DNA of 64,000 nucleotides from Candidatus Sulfomarinibacteraceae bacterium (GTDB lineage Bacteria > Acidobacteriota > Thermoanaerobaculia > Thermoanaerobaculales > Sulfomarinibacteraceae), in contig CAWCLO010000004.1 of the NCBI GenBank assembly GCA_963796455.1, forward strand, positions 288,001-352,000, in the 5' to 3' direction. Made by a program: the position numbers and the translations under genes. The notes beneath the pieces were generated by a model. That model was not told the DNA's origin and made no database searches. It was given only the letters and a program-made list of their open reading frames with translations. Of this stretch, positions 51,121-60,381 are shown in pieces. The stretch's first letter is position 1; each line of letters opens with the position of its first letter.

Positions 51121-51747
51121 ATGCGATTGCCCCGCGAATTGGATCCGGTGGAGATCCGGGTCCTCGGCTGCCTGCTCGAAAAGGAGCAGACGACCCCCGA
51201 CGCCTACCCGCTTTCGGTCAACGCCCTGATGGCCGCCTGCAATCAGAAAAGCAACCGTGATCCGGTCATGCAGCTTTCGGAGGCAGATGTCGAGGCGACG
51301 CTGGACCGGCTGCATGGTGAAGTCATGGTGTGGCCGGTGGAAGGTGCCAGGATCCGCAAGTGGCGCCACAGCCTCGATCGAAAGTGGGAACTCGACGGCC
51401 GTGTCAAAGCCGTCATCACGGTTCTTCTTCTCCGCGGCGCCCAGACCGCCGGCGAGATCCGGACACGAACGGCGCGCATGCATGATTTTGCTTCCACCTC
51501 TGAGGTCGAGGGCGCGTTGGCTGAACTGGCGGGCGGGGAAGAACCTTTGACGGTCCACCTCGAACGACGGCCGGGTCAGAGGGACGCCAGGTGGACCCAC
51601 CTCTTAAGTGGCGCTCCGACCGAGGCGACTGCGCCCTTCCTACCATCGGCTCCCGAAGATTCAGCCGCCCCTCTCTCGGAACGCCTCGCCGAACTCGAGG
51701 CACGGGTCACCCGTCTCGAGGAAGCCATGGCCCGACGAGAAGATTAA
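51121..51747 (+). CDS. YceH/DUF480 family protein
   Basis: RVLGCLLEKEQTTPDAYPLS.NAL..ACNQKSNRDPVM and LLLRGAQT.GE. Confidence 0.93.
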   Translation: MRLPRELDPVEIRVLGCLLEKEQTTPDAYPLSVNALMAACNQKSNRDPVMQLSEADVEATLDRLHGEVMVWPVEGARIRKWRHSLDRKWELDGRVKAVITVLLLRGAQTAGEIRTRTARMHDFASTSEVEGALAELAGGEEPLTVHLERRPGQRDARWTHLLSGAPTEATAPFLPSAPEDSAAPLSERLAELEARVTRLEEAMARRED

Positions 51748-52268
51748 TCCGAAGGCGAGGGTGGCGGGAAAAACCCGAGCTGGCTCAGAAAAGCTACGTT
51801 GTCCCAGCTGACCCAGGTTTCGGCGACTTTCCCGTTCTCCAACCGCTGGATGATGATGTTGACGAGAGTGAATTCCTTGCCGGTGGCGGGCAAATCGCCC
51901 ATGGGTCCGGTCTGAACTCCCTTCATCGTCGACACATAGGCGACCATGTCGCCCTGCGCAATCATCTGGGTCAGGGTGTCTTCGTAAACCGGGACGGCGA
52001 TCAAGAAGTCCTCGATGAAGGCGAGAAATTCCGCGGTCCCTTCGAGCTCCTGGAACTCGGGCGGCATGGCCTGGCAATGACGGACGTAGTTCGGAGCCAG
52101 TGCCGTTTTGAAGGCCTCGATGTCGCCGCGGGCCAGGGCCGCGTGGGTACCCCGCACCGCCGCGATATTCGATTCTTCGATCGATTGTGTGGCAGGTTGT
52201 ACACCGCATCCGGCGAGTGCCGCCGACATCCAAAGAACGAAGCAGCCGCAGCAGATCAGACGATTCAT
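51744..52268 (-). CDS. SnoaL-like ester cyclase family lipoprotein
   Basis: LAGC lipobox; IAQGDMV, G.QTG.MG..PATGK and GKVAETW. Confidence 0.88.
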   Translation of the reverse strand: MNRLICCGCFVLWMSAALAGCGVQPATQSIEESNIAAVRGTHAALARGDIEAFKTALAPNYVRHCQAMPPEFQELEGTAEFLAFIEDFLIAVPVYEDTLTQMIAQGDMVAYVSTMKGVQTGPMGDLPATGKEFTLVNIIIQRLENGKVAETWVSWDNVAFLSQLGFFPPPSPSD

Positions 52269-52429
52269 GAAACACCTCCGGGCCTTTTCGATTTCGTTCT
52301 TGTCGTTGATTGCTCCTTTGGATCATATCCTGCCCTTTCGGCCGTGTCGGAATCGAAAATGGTAGATTTTGTTGCATCTGGTGTTATGAATGCCCGGCGT
52401 TCAAAAAATCAACCAACGGAGATAATTTC

Positions 52430-53230
52430 ATGAAAACGTTTCGGACTGTGTCTGCCATCATTTTGACCATCGTCCTGGCTGCCGGAACGGTCGCGGCCCA
52501 GGAGGAGTCCAAGAAGAACACAGGTCGCCGCAAGGGAGCGAAGGGCGGGGCCATCGTGGGTCTGACCCTCGGTGCCCTGACCGGTGACGCCAAGATCGCC
52601 GTTGCCGGTGCCGCGGCAGGCGCCGTGGCAGGGGGGGTAAGCGGAGACTTTTATGATTACGATCAGAGTCGACAGGATGATCGCACCCAGATGCTTGCCG
52701 ATGGCATCGCCGGGTCGAAGGCGGGCAGCCCCCAACCTGGCGAAACCGTAGGAGAAACGGGCAAGCGCCATTTCCAGGAGCTTTCGGGCGAGTGGAAGGT
52801 CGACATGTGGTACATGGGCAATGAGGGCAAGGGCCAGACGGCGTCGGGCACGGCCCGAGGTCTCCAGGCGGGCGACAACGCCATTCGGATCGTCTACCAG
52901 GATATCGCGGTCGAAGGCTACGAAGAAAAAGTCGGTGGATACACGCTTCTGAGCTACGAACCGGGTCAGGGTTTTTCTATCGAGAACATTTTTTCGGTCT
53001 CGGACGATGTGGTCAAAGGAGTCGGCGAATACCTGGCGGATCGTAACCTCTACAACTTTTACATGGTCGACCCGACAGCCGGTGAGATGCTCGCCGGCGG
53101 TCTGATCCGTTCAAATGTGCGCACAGAGGTCCGGATCGTCGGGTCTACCATGTGGATTGCCGAGGCCTTTACCATGATCGACGGCGAAGAGACAAAGGTC
53201 CAGACATACCGGTTTACTCGACCGCAGTAG
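52430..53230 (+). CDS. Secreted glycine-zipper protein
   Basis: Signal peptide; GAKGGAIVG..LGALTG..GAAAGAVAGG. Confidence 0.75.
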   Translation: MKTFRTVSAIILTIVLAAGTVAAQEESKKNTGRRKGAKGGAIVGLTLGALTGDAKIAVAGAAAGAVAGGVSGDFYDYDQSRQDDRTQMLADGIAGSKAGSPQPGETVGETGKRHFQELSGEWKVDMWYMGNEGKGQTASGTARGLQAGDNAIRIVYQDIAVEGYEEKVGGYTLLSYEPGQGFSIENIFSVSDDVVKGVGEYLADRNLYNFYMVDPTAGEMLAGGLIRSNVRTEVRIVGSTMWIAEAFTMIDGEETKVQTYRFTRPQ

Positions 53231-53256
53231 CGCTTTCGGTTGATCGGCAGGCGGTT

Positions 53257-54375
53257 TCAGCCTCGCAATCTCGCGATTGCTTCCCGCTCCTTTTCCCGAG
53301 AAATCCATCCGCGCGGATTCGCACGGCGCTCGTCGGTTTGCGCGCGCCACCACTCAAGGGTGCCCTCAACCGACTCGGCGAGCGAGCGGTAGTCGAGCCC
53401 GGTGCGCATGGAGGCCTCGTTCGAGAAGACGACCGGGTCGCCACCCTCGTCTCCCCGGGCATTCCAGTCGAGCATTGGTGGAGAGATCTCGAGTTCGTCC
53501 AGCAGGGCCTGTTCGGGCCACCAGAATCGAACCGGGGCGTTGGTGGTGGCCCGGATGCCCCACATCAATCCGGCGCGGGAGACCTCGGACGATGGTCCGG
53601 CCGCGTTGTAGATGCCGACGGCGTCGCGCTCGACGAGATCGATCACCCAGGGGCAGAGATCGCGAGCATCTACCCACTGGATGACGTCGTCGGGTCGGTT
53701 CGACGTCAGCACGTCGCCGCCTCGATGGATTCGGTCGGCCCAATAGGTGAAACGATCGGTACGATCGCCGGGGCCGACGATATAGCTCGGGCGAACGATG
53801 GTCGCCTTGTCGCCGAGTTCGGACTGGATGATCCGGTCGCATTCCGCCTTGAGCGGACCGTAACTCTCTCCGGTGACCTCTTCGAGGGTCGGATCGTTCA
53901 AGGGTGCGAGCGGTCCGTCCTCGGGGAAATGCGGGCCTTTACTGAAGTCGTAGACCGCCACCGTCGAAATGTAGAGATATCGACCGACCCGTCCCTTGAG
54001 CAATTCCACTGAATCGCGGACGTGACGCGGCACGTAGCCTGAGTTGTCGATCACCGCGTCCCAGGTGCGGTCACCCATGAGTGGGTCGAGCCCATCATCG
54101 ATCTTCGAATCGCGGTTGCCGACAAGTTCTTCGACGGCGCTACCAAAGAGACCGGACTTCCGCCCACGATTGAAGACCGTCACCTTGTGTCCGCGTTCGA
54201 GGGCGTAACGCACCTGGTGCGGACCGATAAAACCGGTGCCACCGAGAAACAACAGATCGAGCGAAATCCCGGCCCTCGGGACTGCGGCGGTTGCGCTCCG
54301 GAGACCGGCGGCGCCGAGGCTGACGGCACCCGCGGTGCCGGCGGCAATCTTCAAAAAATCGCGACGAGTCGTCAT
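53257..54375 (-). CDS. Tat-exported NAD-dependent epimerase/dehydratase family protein
   Basis: TRRDFLK, LGGTGFIG, YGPLK and DARDL. Confidence 0.9.
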   Translation of the reverse strand: MTTRRDFLKIAAGTAGAVSLGAAGLRSATAAVPRAGISLDLLFLGGTGFIGPHQVRYALERGHKVTVFNRGRKSGLFGSAVEELVGNRDSKIDDGLDPLMGDRTWDAVIDNSGYVPRHVRDSVELLKGRVGRYLYISTVAVYDFSKGPHFPEDGPLAPLNDPTLEEVTGESYGPLKAECDRIIQSELGDKATIVRPSYIVGPGDRTDRFTYWADRIHRGGDVLTSNRPDDVIQWVDARDLCPWVIDLVERDAVGIYNAAGPSSEVSRAGLMWGIRATTNAPVRFWWPEQALLDELEISPPMLDWNARGDEGGDPVVFSNEASMRTGLDYRSLAESVEGTLEWWRAQTDERRANPRGWISREKEREAIARLRG

Positions 54376-54584
54376 GAAATCCTCCAGCTTCAGATTGTCG
54401 AGAAGGGGAGATCTTAGCAAATTCACATGTTCGTTTGATGCGGACTGATTCTTTCGATCGGGCTCTCGATGTCAAGAAACCCGGTGCCGGATGTGATCTT
54501 TCGCACAGGTCGTGGCTGAATATCGAGAAACCGGGGTTACGCCTGATGGGATTGCTGCGTCCTTGCGCGTGGAGGGCGTGAAAA

Positions 54585-55259
54585 ATGAATTGCAGACCAA
54601 TTGCTATTGTTGTGGTGCTCTTTTCTTGTTGCATGATCGGCTCGGCTGGAGCGGGAGACGTAACCCTGACCGGCACCGCGGCCCACAACAGTTTGATGGG
54701 GGTCGAATTCTCGATCGACGGCAAAAACGACAAATCCTATATCGAGGACATACACCCCGAGGCCGAGGCCACCTACCGGGCGGGTTTCTGGTTCAACCCG
54801 AGCGGACTCGTTCTGGAAAATAAAACCGGGCACATCATCTTCGAGGGAGTCGGTCCCAAACCGGCCGGCGCAAAGGGCGACACCCGGGTCATCCATATTC
54901 AGTTGTGGCGCAACAACAGTGGTGTTCTCAAGGTCAAGGCCTATGCCCATCAAACTCCGGGTCTCGGATTGAAGAGGGTCGGCACGAAGATGATCAAGAT
55001 CGACGATCAAGGGTGGAACCACCTCACTTTGGAGTGGCGGGCGACATCGAGCAACAGCTCGCCCAACGGTTTGCTGCGCCTTTCCGTCGACGGCGGATCT
55101 CGGGCCGGTGGGACTTCCGAAATCTCAGGAGTCGCGCTGAATGAAGGGCTGGTGATCGAAAAGGCCCGGATCGGTGCCGTCCGAGGAGTCGATGCGACAA
55201 CAAGTGGGTCTTTTGCGATCGATACCTTTGAATCCTTCAGAAGCCTGACGAATCAGTGA
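54585..55259 (+). CDS. Secreted beta-sandwich (lectin-like) protein
   Basis: Signal peptide; YIED..P.AE.TYRA.FWFNP, H..LEWRA, GLLRLSVDG and ARIG..G.D..TSG.F..DTFESFR. Confidence 0.7.
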   Translation: MNCRPIAIVVVLFSCCMIGSAGAGDVTLTGTAAHNSLMGVEFSIDGKNDKSYIEDIHPEAEATYRAGFWFNPSGLVLENKTGHIIFEGVGPKPAGAKGDTRVIHIQLWRNNSGVLKVKAYAHQTPGLGLKRVGTKMIKIDDQGWNHLTLEWRATSSNSSPNGLLRLSVDGGSRAGGTSEISGVALNEGLVIEKARIGAVRGVDATTSGSFAIDTFESFRSLTNQ

Positions 55260-55366
55260 ATTCCTGTTCGGGCACCAACGCTTCATTTCCGGGCGCCTGA
55301 AATGCCGGAGATAGGCCTGGGTTAGAATGCCTCACGATGCTGTCGGCCGGCTGGAGGTATTCGACC

Positions 55367-57079
55367 ATGAACGATTTCGATCTGGGTCCCGGGTTTTGTC
55401 GGTTTCTTGTTGTCCTCGCGATTTCGGGTGGCCTCGCGGCCTGCTCGGCGCCGCAGCACTACGATGTGATCGTTCGCGGAGGCACGATCTACGACGGGAC
55501 CGGATCGAGCCCCTTTGTGGGCGATCTCGCCATCGACGGTGACGCGATCGTCGCCATCGGTTTACTCGAAAACGCCAAAGCAACGACGGAGATCGAAGCG
55601 GCGGGTCTCGCCGTGGCTCCGGGCTTCATCAATATGATGTGCTGGGCGAACGAGTCTTTGATCGAAGACGGCCGTTCTCAGAGCGACATTCGCCAGGGCG
55701 TGACTCTCGAGGTTCTCGGCGAGGGTGACTCGATGGGTCCGCTCAACGAGCGGATGCGGGCTGAGATGCTGCGCCGTCAGGGTGATATCACCTATGACGT
55801 CGAATGGACGAGCCTCGACGAATATCTCGTTTTCCTCGAACGACGGGGCGTTTCGCCCAACGTCGCATCCTTCATCGGTTCCGCCACGCCCCGCGACTAC
55901 GTGATCGGTTCCATCGATCGCCCTCCCACCCCCGAGGAACTCGACGAGATGAAGGCCCTGATCCGGACAGCGATGGAGGAGGGAGCGCTCGGAGTCGCCT
56001 CGGCCCTGATCTATCCACCGGGCAGCTTTGCCGAGACCGACGAGTTGATCGCGCTCGCCGAGGTCGCTGCCGAGTACGACGGAATGTATATATCGCATGT
56101 CCGGGACGAGGGCGCCCGCCTGATCGAAGCGATTGACGAACTCATCACCATCGCCCGCGAGGCTGGCGTTCGGGCGGAGATCTATCATCTCAAGGCATCG
56201 GGACATGCGAATTGGCCTCTCTTCGATCGGGCAGTCGAGATCGTCGAAGAGGCGCGCGCCGAGGGTCTGGCGATCACCGCGGATGTCTATACCTATCCTG
56301 CGGGTGCGACCGGACTCAACGCGAGCATGCCTCCGTGGGTACAGGAGGGTGGTTTCGATGCGTCGCTCGAACGGCTCTCGGACCCGGCCACGAGGCAACG
56401 CATCGCCCGAGAGATGCTCCAGCCATCCGATGAATGGGAGAACATGTACCTCGGCGTCGGCACGTCTGAGAATATTCTGCTTGTCGGTTTCAAGACCGAG
56501 GCGCTCAAACCCTTGACCGGCAAGACCCTGGCCGAGGTCGCGGCCATGCGCGGCACAAGCCCCGAAGAAACCGCCATGGATCTGATCGTCGAGGACGGGT
56601 CGCGGATCGGGACCATCTATTTCAGTCAATCGGAGGATGTCCTGAAACGGGCCATTGCCTTGCCGTGGGTCAGCTTCAACTCGGACGCGGCCTCGTTGTC
56701 GCCCGAAGGCGTGTTCCTCAAGAGCAACCCCCACCCGCGGGCCTACGGCAGCTTTGCGCGTCTGTTGGGCAAGTATGTGCGGGAGGAGAACCTGATTTCG
56801 CTCGAGGAGGCCGTGCGCAAACTCACCGGCCTCCCCGCTGCGAATCTCAAGCTTGACCGGCGTGGGCTTCTTGACGAGGGTTTTTACGCCGATGTGGTGG
56901 TCTTTGACCCGGCCACGATTCAGGACCACGCGACATTTGTCGAACCCCATCAATACGCGACCGGCGTGAAACATGTTCTGGTCAACGGTGTCCGGGTCCT
57001 TGCCGACGGCGAGCACACCGGAGCGAAGCCCGGACGCGTGGTGCGCGGTCCGGGATGGACCGGGCGGGCGAAGCACTGA
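55367..57079 (+). CDS. N-acyl-D-amino-acid deacylase family amidohydrolase (lipoprotein)
   Basis: LAAC lipobox; VAPGFIN, YISHVRDE, IYHLK, DVYTY and HPRAYGSF. Confidence 0.9.
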   Translation: MNDFDLGPGFCRFLVVLAISGGLAACSAPQHYDVIVRGGTIYDGTGSSPFVGDLAIDGDAIVAIGLLENAKATTEIEAAGLAVAPGFINMMCWANESLIEDGRSQSDIRQGVTLEVLGEGDSMGPLNERMRAEMLRRQGDITYDVEWTSLDEYLVFLERRGVSPNVASFIGSATPRDYVIGSIDRPPTPEELDEMKALIRTAMEEGALGVASALIYPPGSFAETDELIALAEVAAEYDGMYISHVRDEGARLIEAIDELITIAREAGVRAEIYHLKASGHANWPLFDRAVEIVEEARAEGLAITADVYTYPAGATGLNASMPPWVQEGGFDASLERLSDPATRQRIAREMLQPSDEWENMYLGVGTSENILLVGFKTEALKPLTGKTLAEVAAMRGTSPEETAMDLIVEDGSRIGTIYFSQSEDVLKRAIALPWVSFNSDAASLSPEGVFLKSNPHPRAYGSFARLLGKYVREENLISLEEAVRKLTGLPAANLKLDRRGLLDEGFYADVVVFDPATIQDHATFVEPHQYATGVKHVLVNGVRVLADGEHTGAKPGRVVRGPGWTGRAKH

Positions 57080-57100
57080 GACAGGACAAACGGAGAAAAA

Positions 57101-57805
57101 ATGGCCACACCACACATCAATGCCGAAGCGGGGGATTTTGCGTCGACGGTTCTGATGCCCGGCGATCCCTTGCGGGCGAAATACATCGCTGAGAAGTTCC
57201 TTGATGAAGCCCGCCTCGTGACGGATGTCCGAAACATGTTCGGTTTCACCGGCGAGTACAAGGGACAACCCGTATCGGTCATGGCCCATGGGATGGGGAT
57301 CCCGTCGGCGTCGATCTACTGCACTGAGTTGATTCAGGATTATGGTGTTCAACGTGTGGTCCGGGTCGGTAGTTGTGGGGCCGTACTCGATTCGGTTTCG
57401 GTTCGCGACCTCGTGATCGCGATGGCTGCTTCCACCGATTCGGGCGTCAACCGAACCCGCTTCGGCGGTCACGATCTTGCTCCGGTGGCAAGCTTCAGCC
57501 TGCTTCGCAGCGCCGTGGCCACGGCCGAAGAACGAGGTTTCAAATATCATGTGGGGAACATCTTTTCGGCCGACCTCTTCTACTCGCCCGATCCGGCGCA
57601 GTTCGAATTGATGCGGAAGTACCAGATCCTCGGTGTCGAAATGGAAACCGCAGGCATCTACACCATCGCCGCTGAACTCGGCGCGGAGGCGCTGGCGATC
57701 TGTACTGTTTCGGACCACATCATGACCGGCGAAAAGCTCTCGTCCTCGGAACGCCAAACCACCTTTGACGAGATGATCGAGGTGGCCTTGGAAGCGGTTA
57801 CCTGA
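57101..57805 (+). CDS. deoD: Purine-nucleoside phosphorylase
   Basis: [34 protein letters not shown] and TVSDH. Confidence 0.97.
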   Translation: MATPHINAEAGDFASTVLMPGDPLRAKYIAEKFLDEARLVTDVRNMFGFTGEYKGQPVSVMAHGMGIPSASIYCTELIQDYGVQRVVRVGSCGAVLDSVSVRDLVIAMAASTDSGVNRTRFGGHDLAPVASFSLLRSAVATAEERGFKYHVGNIFSADLFYSPDPAQFELMRKYQILGVEMETAGIYTIAAELGAEALAICTVSDHIMTGEKLSSSERQTTFDEMIEVALEAVT

Positions 57806-57850
57806 TTTCCCGTCCGTCTCAAACCGCAGACAAAGCAGAAAAAATTCGCT

Positions 57851-58581
57851 CCCGATCCCGAAATGCAGCGGCAGCGACAGTGTCCAGCGACAGGGACAGG
57901 GATCAGGGATCAGGGACAGCAATCAGTTTTCAGCGGCAGCGGTCAGGAGTCCATGCGGCGAAGTGGCCACCTCCGGGTCGTTCAAGAGAAAGGGGTAGCC
58001 GGTGGGTGGCCGATGTCAAGGACAGGCAGGGTGCAGGGCATCCTTGACATCGGCCACCACACCGGCTTGTGGGTATGGGCATGAACGACCCGGAGGTGAC
58101 CATGTCCTCAGCCGCCACGACCACCAACCTTGTTGCCCACTCGAAAGCCCTCGAAGCAGCAGGCATCGCGATCAAGCTCGTGATGAGGGTTCCCGCTCCG
58201 CTGAAGTCCATAGCCGATCAGGTGATCCGGTCGGCAAGTTCAGTCCCTGCGAACCTGGCAGAGGGGCACGGCCGATTCGGTAGAGACCGTTTGAACCACT
58301 GGAGAATCGCGTACGCCTCGGCCAAAGAGGTCGATAGCCACTTGAAGCTCCTCGCCCACACCAGCGCAATCAGCGCGAACGGAGCCCGTGAAGCGATGAA
58401 CGCCTTCGATCAGGTACGTGCGATGACCTGGCGGCTCTTGAACCCGAGAAAGTGAGTGCCGTTTGCTGTCGCTGATGACTGAACGCTGCCACTGAACACT
58501 GATCGCGGCTCCCTGTCGCTGAGGCTGATCGGTGTCGCCGTCCCTGATCGCTGTCTGAGGCTCTGTCTTGGACTCGAGTGA
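57851..58581 (+). mobile_element. Complete four-helix-bundle element (copy A)
   Basis: Left end CCCGAAATGCAGCGGCAGCGACAG; leader hairpin; intact gene; right end CTGTCTGAGGCTCTGTCTTGGACTCGAGTGA. Confidence 0.8.
58102..58455 (+). CDS. Four helix bundle protein (23S rRNA IVP / Avd-like family)
   Basis: Differs from 47471-47824 at 15 of 117 residues by manual comparison. Confidence 0.9.
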   Translation: MSSAATTTNLVAHSKALEAAGIAIKLVMRVPAPLKSIADQVIRSASSVPANLAEGHGRFGRDRLNHWRIAYASAKEVDSHLKLLAHTSAISANGAREAMNAFDQVRAMTWRLLNPRK

Positions 58582-58619
58582 CCCAGCATCCAGCAACCAG
58601 CATCCAGCAACTGGCATCA

Positions 58620-60219
58620 CCCGCCGCGGTCGCCCCAGACGCGTCCAGCGCTTCCTGGAGCTTGGCGATCATGGCCTGCCGTTCGGCAGGAGAGATGGAT
58701 TCTTCGAGACGGTCGGCAAGCTTGAGGATAAACACCGCATAGTCCGAGTGCCAGTCCCGTGCCAGGGCCTGGTCATCGATCCGCTCGGCCGCCCGGCCCT
58801 TGGATTCGGCGGTCCCGGCAACCAACTCGAAATGTTCATCAAAGGACGGGATGACGATTTTTTCTCTATCGAGTCCCCGCGTTATCAGGAGATCGCGCAG
58901 GGCTTTCCGGGCGTCGTCCTCGCCGTGGTTGAGAAAAAGTGCGCCTACGACCGGGGAACGTTCCATGATCCAGTCGGCCAACTCGCCCTGATCGGCGTGG
59001 GCCGAGTAGTTGCCGATACGGCGGATCGCGGCCCTGACTTTGAACTCCTTGCCGTGGATCCGAACGTCTTTTTGCCGCTCGTGATCACGTGCCCGAGGGT
59101 GCCGGGCGCCTGATAACCGACAAAAAGCACCGTCGATTCGGGTCGCCAGATATTGTTGATCAGGTGGTGTTTGATGCGGCCGGCATCACACATTCCGCTC
59201 GCCGAGATGATGATCGCGCCGCTCTTGATCCGGTTGATGGCCTTGCTCTCGTCGACCGTTTGCACGAGACGGAAATGGGGGTCCCGAAAGAGATCCTCGG
59301 CCGGAATCTCCACGTCCTCGAGCTCGCCGGCGTGGCGGATGAACACCTCGGTCGCCTTGCGCGCCAGCGGCGAATCGAGGAACACGGTGGCCGGCGGGAT
59401 CTCTCTTCTTGCAATGAGGGTGCCGATGTCGTGCAGCAGCTCCTGGCTGCGTTCGACGGCAAATGAGGGGATGACCACATTGCCGCCCCGCTCGAGACCG
59501 CGAGTCAGCTCGTCACGAAGGGTCGCCCGCCGCTCGATCAGGGTGTAATCGTCGCGATCGCGCCCACCATAGGTGCTCTCGCAGATGATGTAGTCGAATC
59601 CTTCGGGAGCATCGGGCTCGGGGTGGAAGACCTTCTCGTCCGGCCCGAGGTCGCCTGAAAACAATATGCGCAGCGGGTTGCCGGAGCTCGTCTTGTCGAG
59701 CTTGAGTTCTGCCGAGGCTGATCCGAGAATGTGGCCGGCATTCCAATAACGCACGTGAATGCCTTCGGCGGGCTCGAACCACTGCTCGTATTTGACCGGG
59801 CGAATCTGTTTGAGAGCCCGCGTTGCGTCTTCACCCGAGTAGATCGGGTGGATTATCGGCAGATTGCGGCGGCGTCTCTTGCGGTTGATCCGCTCGGCGT
59901 TGGACTCCTGAATCGAGGCGGAGTCAGGCAACATGAACTGGAGCAGATCGGCGGTCGCCTCGGTGGCGTAAATCGGTCCTTCGAATCCCGCCTTGACCAG
60001 CTTGGGCAGGAGCCCCGAGTGATCGATGTGCGCATGGGTCAGAATGACGAAGCCCAGCTCCTCGGCGTTGAAGGGAAAGGGCTGGATATTGAGTTCCTTG
60101 ACGGTCTTGTTGCCCTGATAGAGCCCGCAGTCGACCAGAAATCTCGAGCTGTCGTTCTCCACGAGTGCGCATGAGCCAGTGACCGTTCCGGCTGCGCCAC
60201 AGAAAGTCAGTTTCGCCAT
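58620..60219 (-). pseudogene. Metallo-beta-lactamase/beta-CASP ribonuclease, frameshifted near 59070 (pseudogene or sequencing error)
   Basis: THAHIDHSG, AGHILGS, FSGDLG, ESTYG and SASGMCDAGR. The second frame gives DVRIHG..NYSAHAD..NHGE and has no stop until 58370. Confidence 0.8.
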
Positions 60220-60381
60220 TTTCACCGTCCGTTGTTTTTTCTCGGCCCCTCATCATAGCGCCGCCGGCCTGCGGGCACGTGTGGCAATTGAAGAGTCGGA
60301 GCTGGCGGGCGGTCGGGTGTAGACTGCACGGCGACTCGGAGCCCGGAACCCACCGGATCGCCGCTCCGACGGGAGGTATTG

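Noticed and set aside
55562..57922. 786-aa minus-strand ORF and similar long antisense ORFs (13373-15049, 2377-3594, 60253-61548)
   Set aside because: These are shadows of well-supported opposite-strand genes in GC-rich DNA and carry no motifs.
47471..58455. Diversity-generating retroelement, suggested by the Avd-like proteins
   Set aside because: No reverse transcriptase in the window and no TR/VR pair with adenine-specific mismatches.
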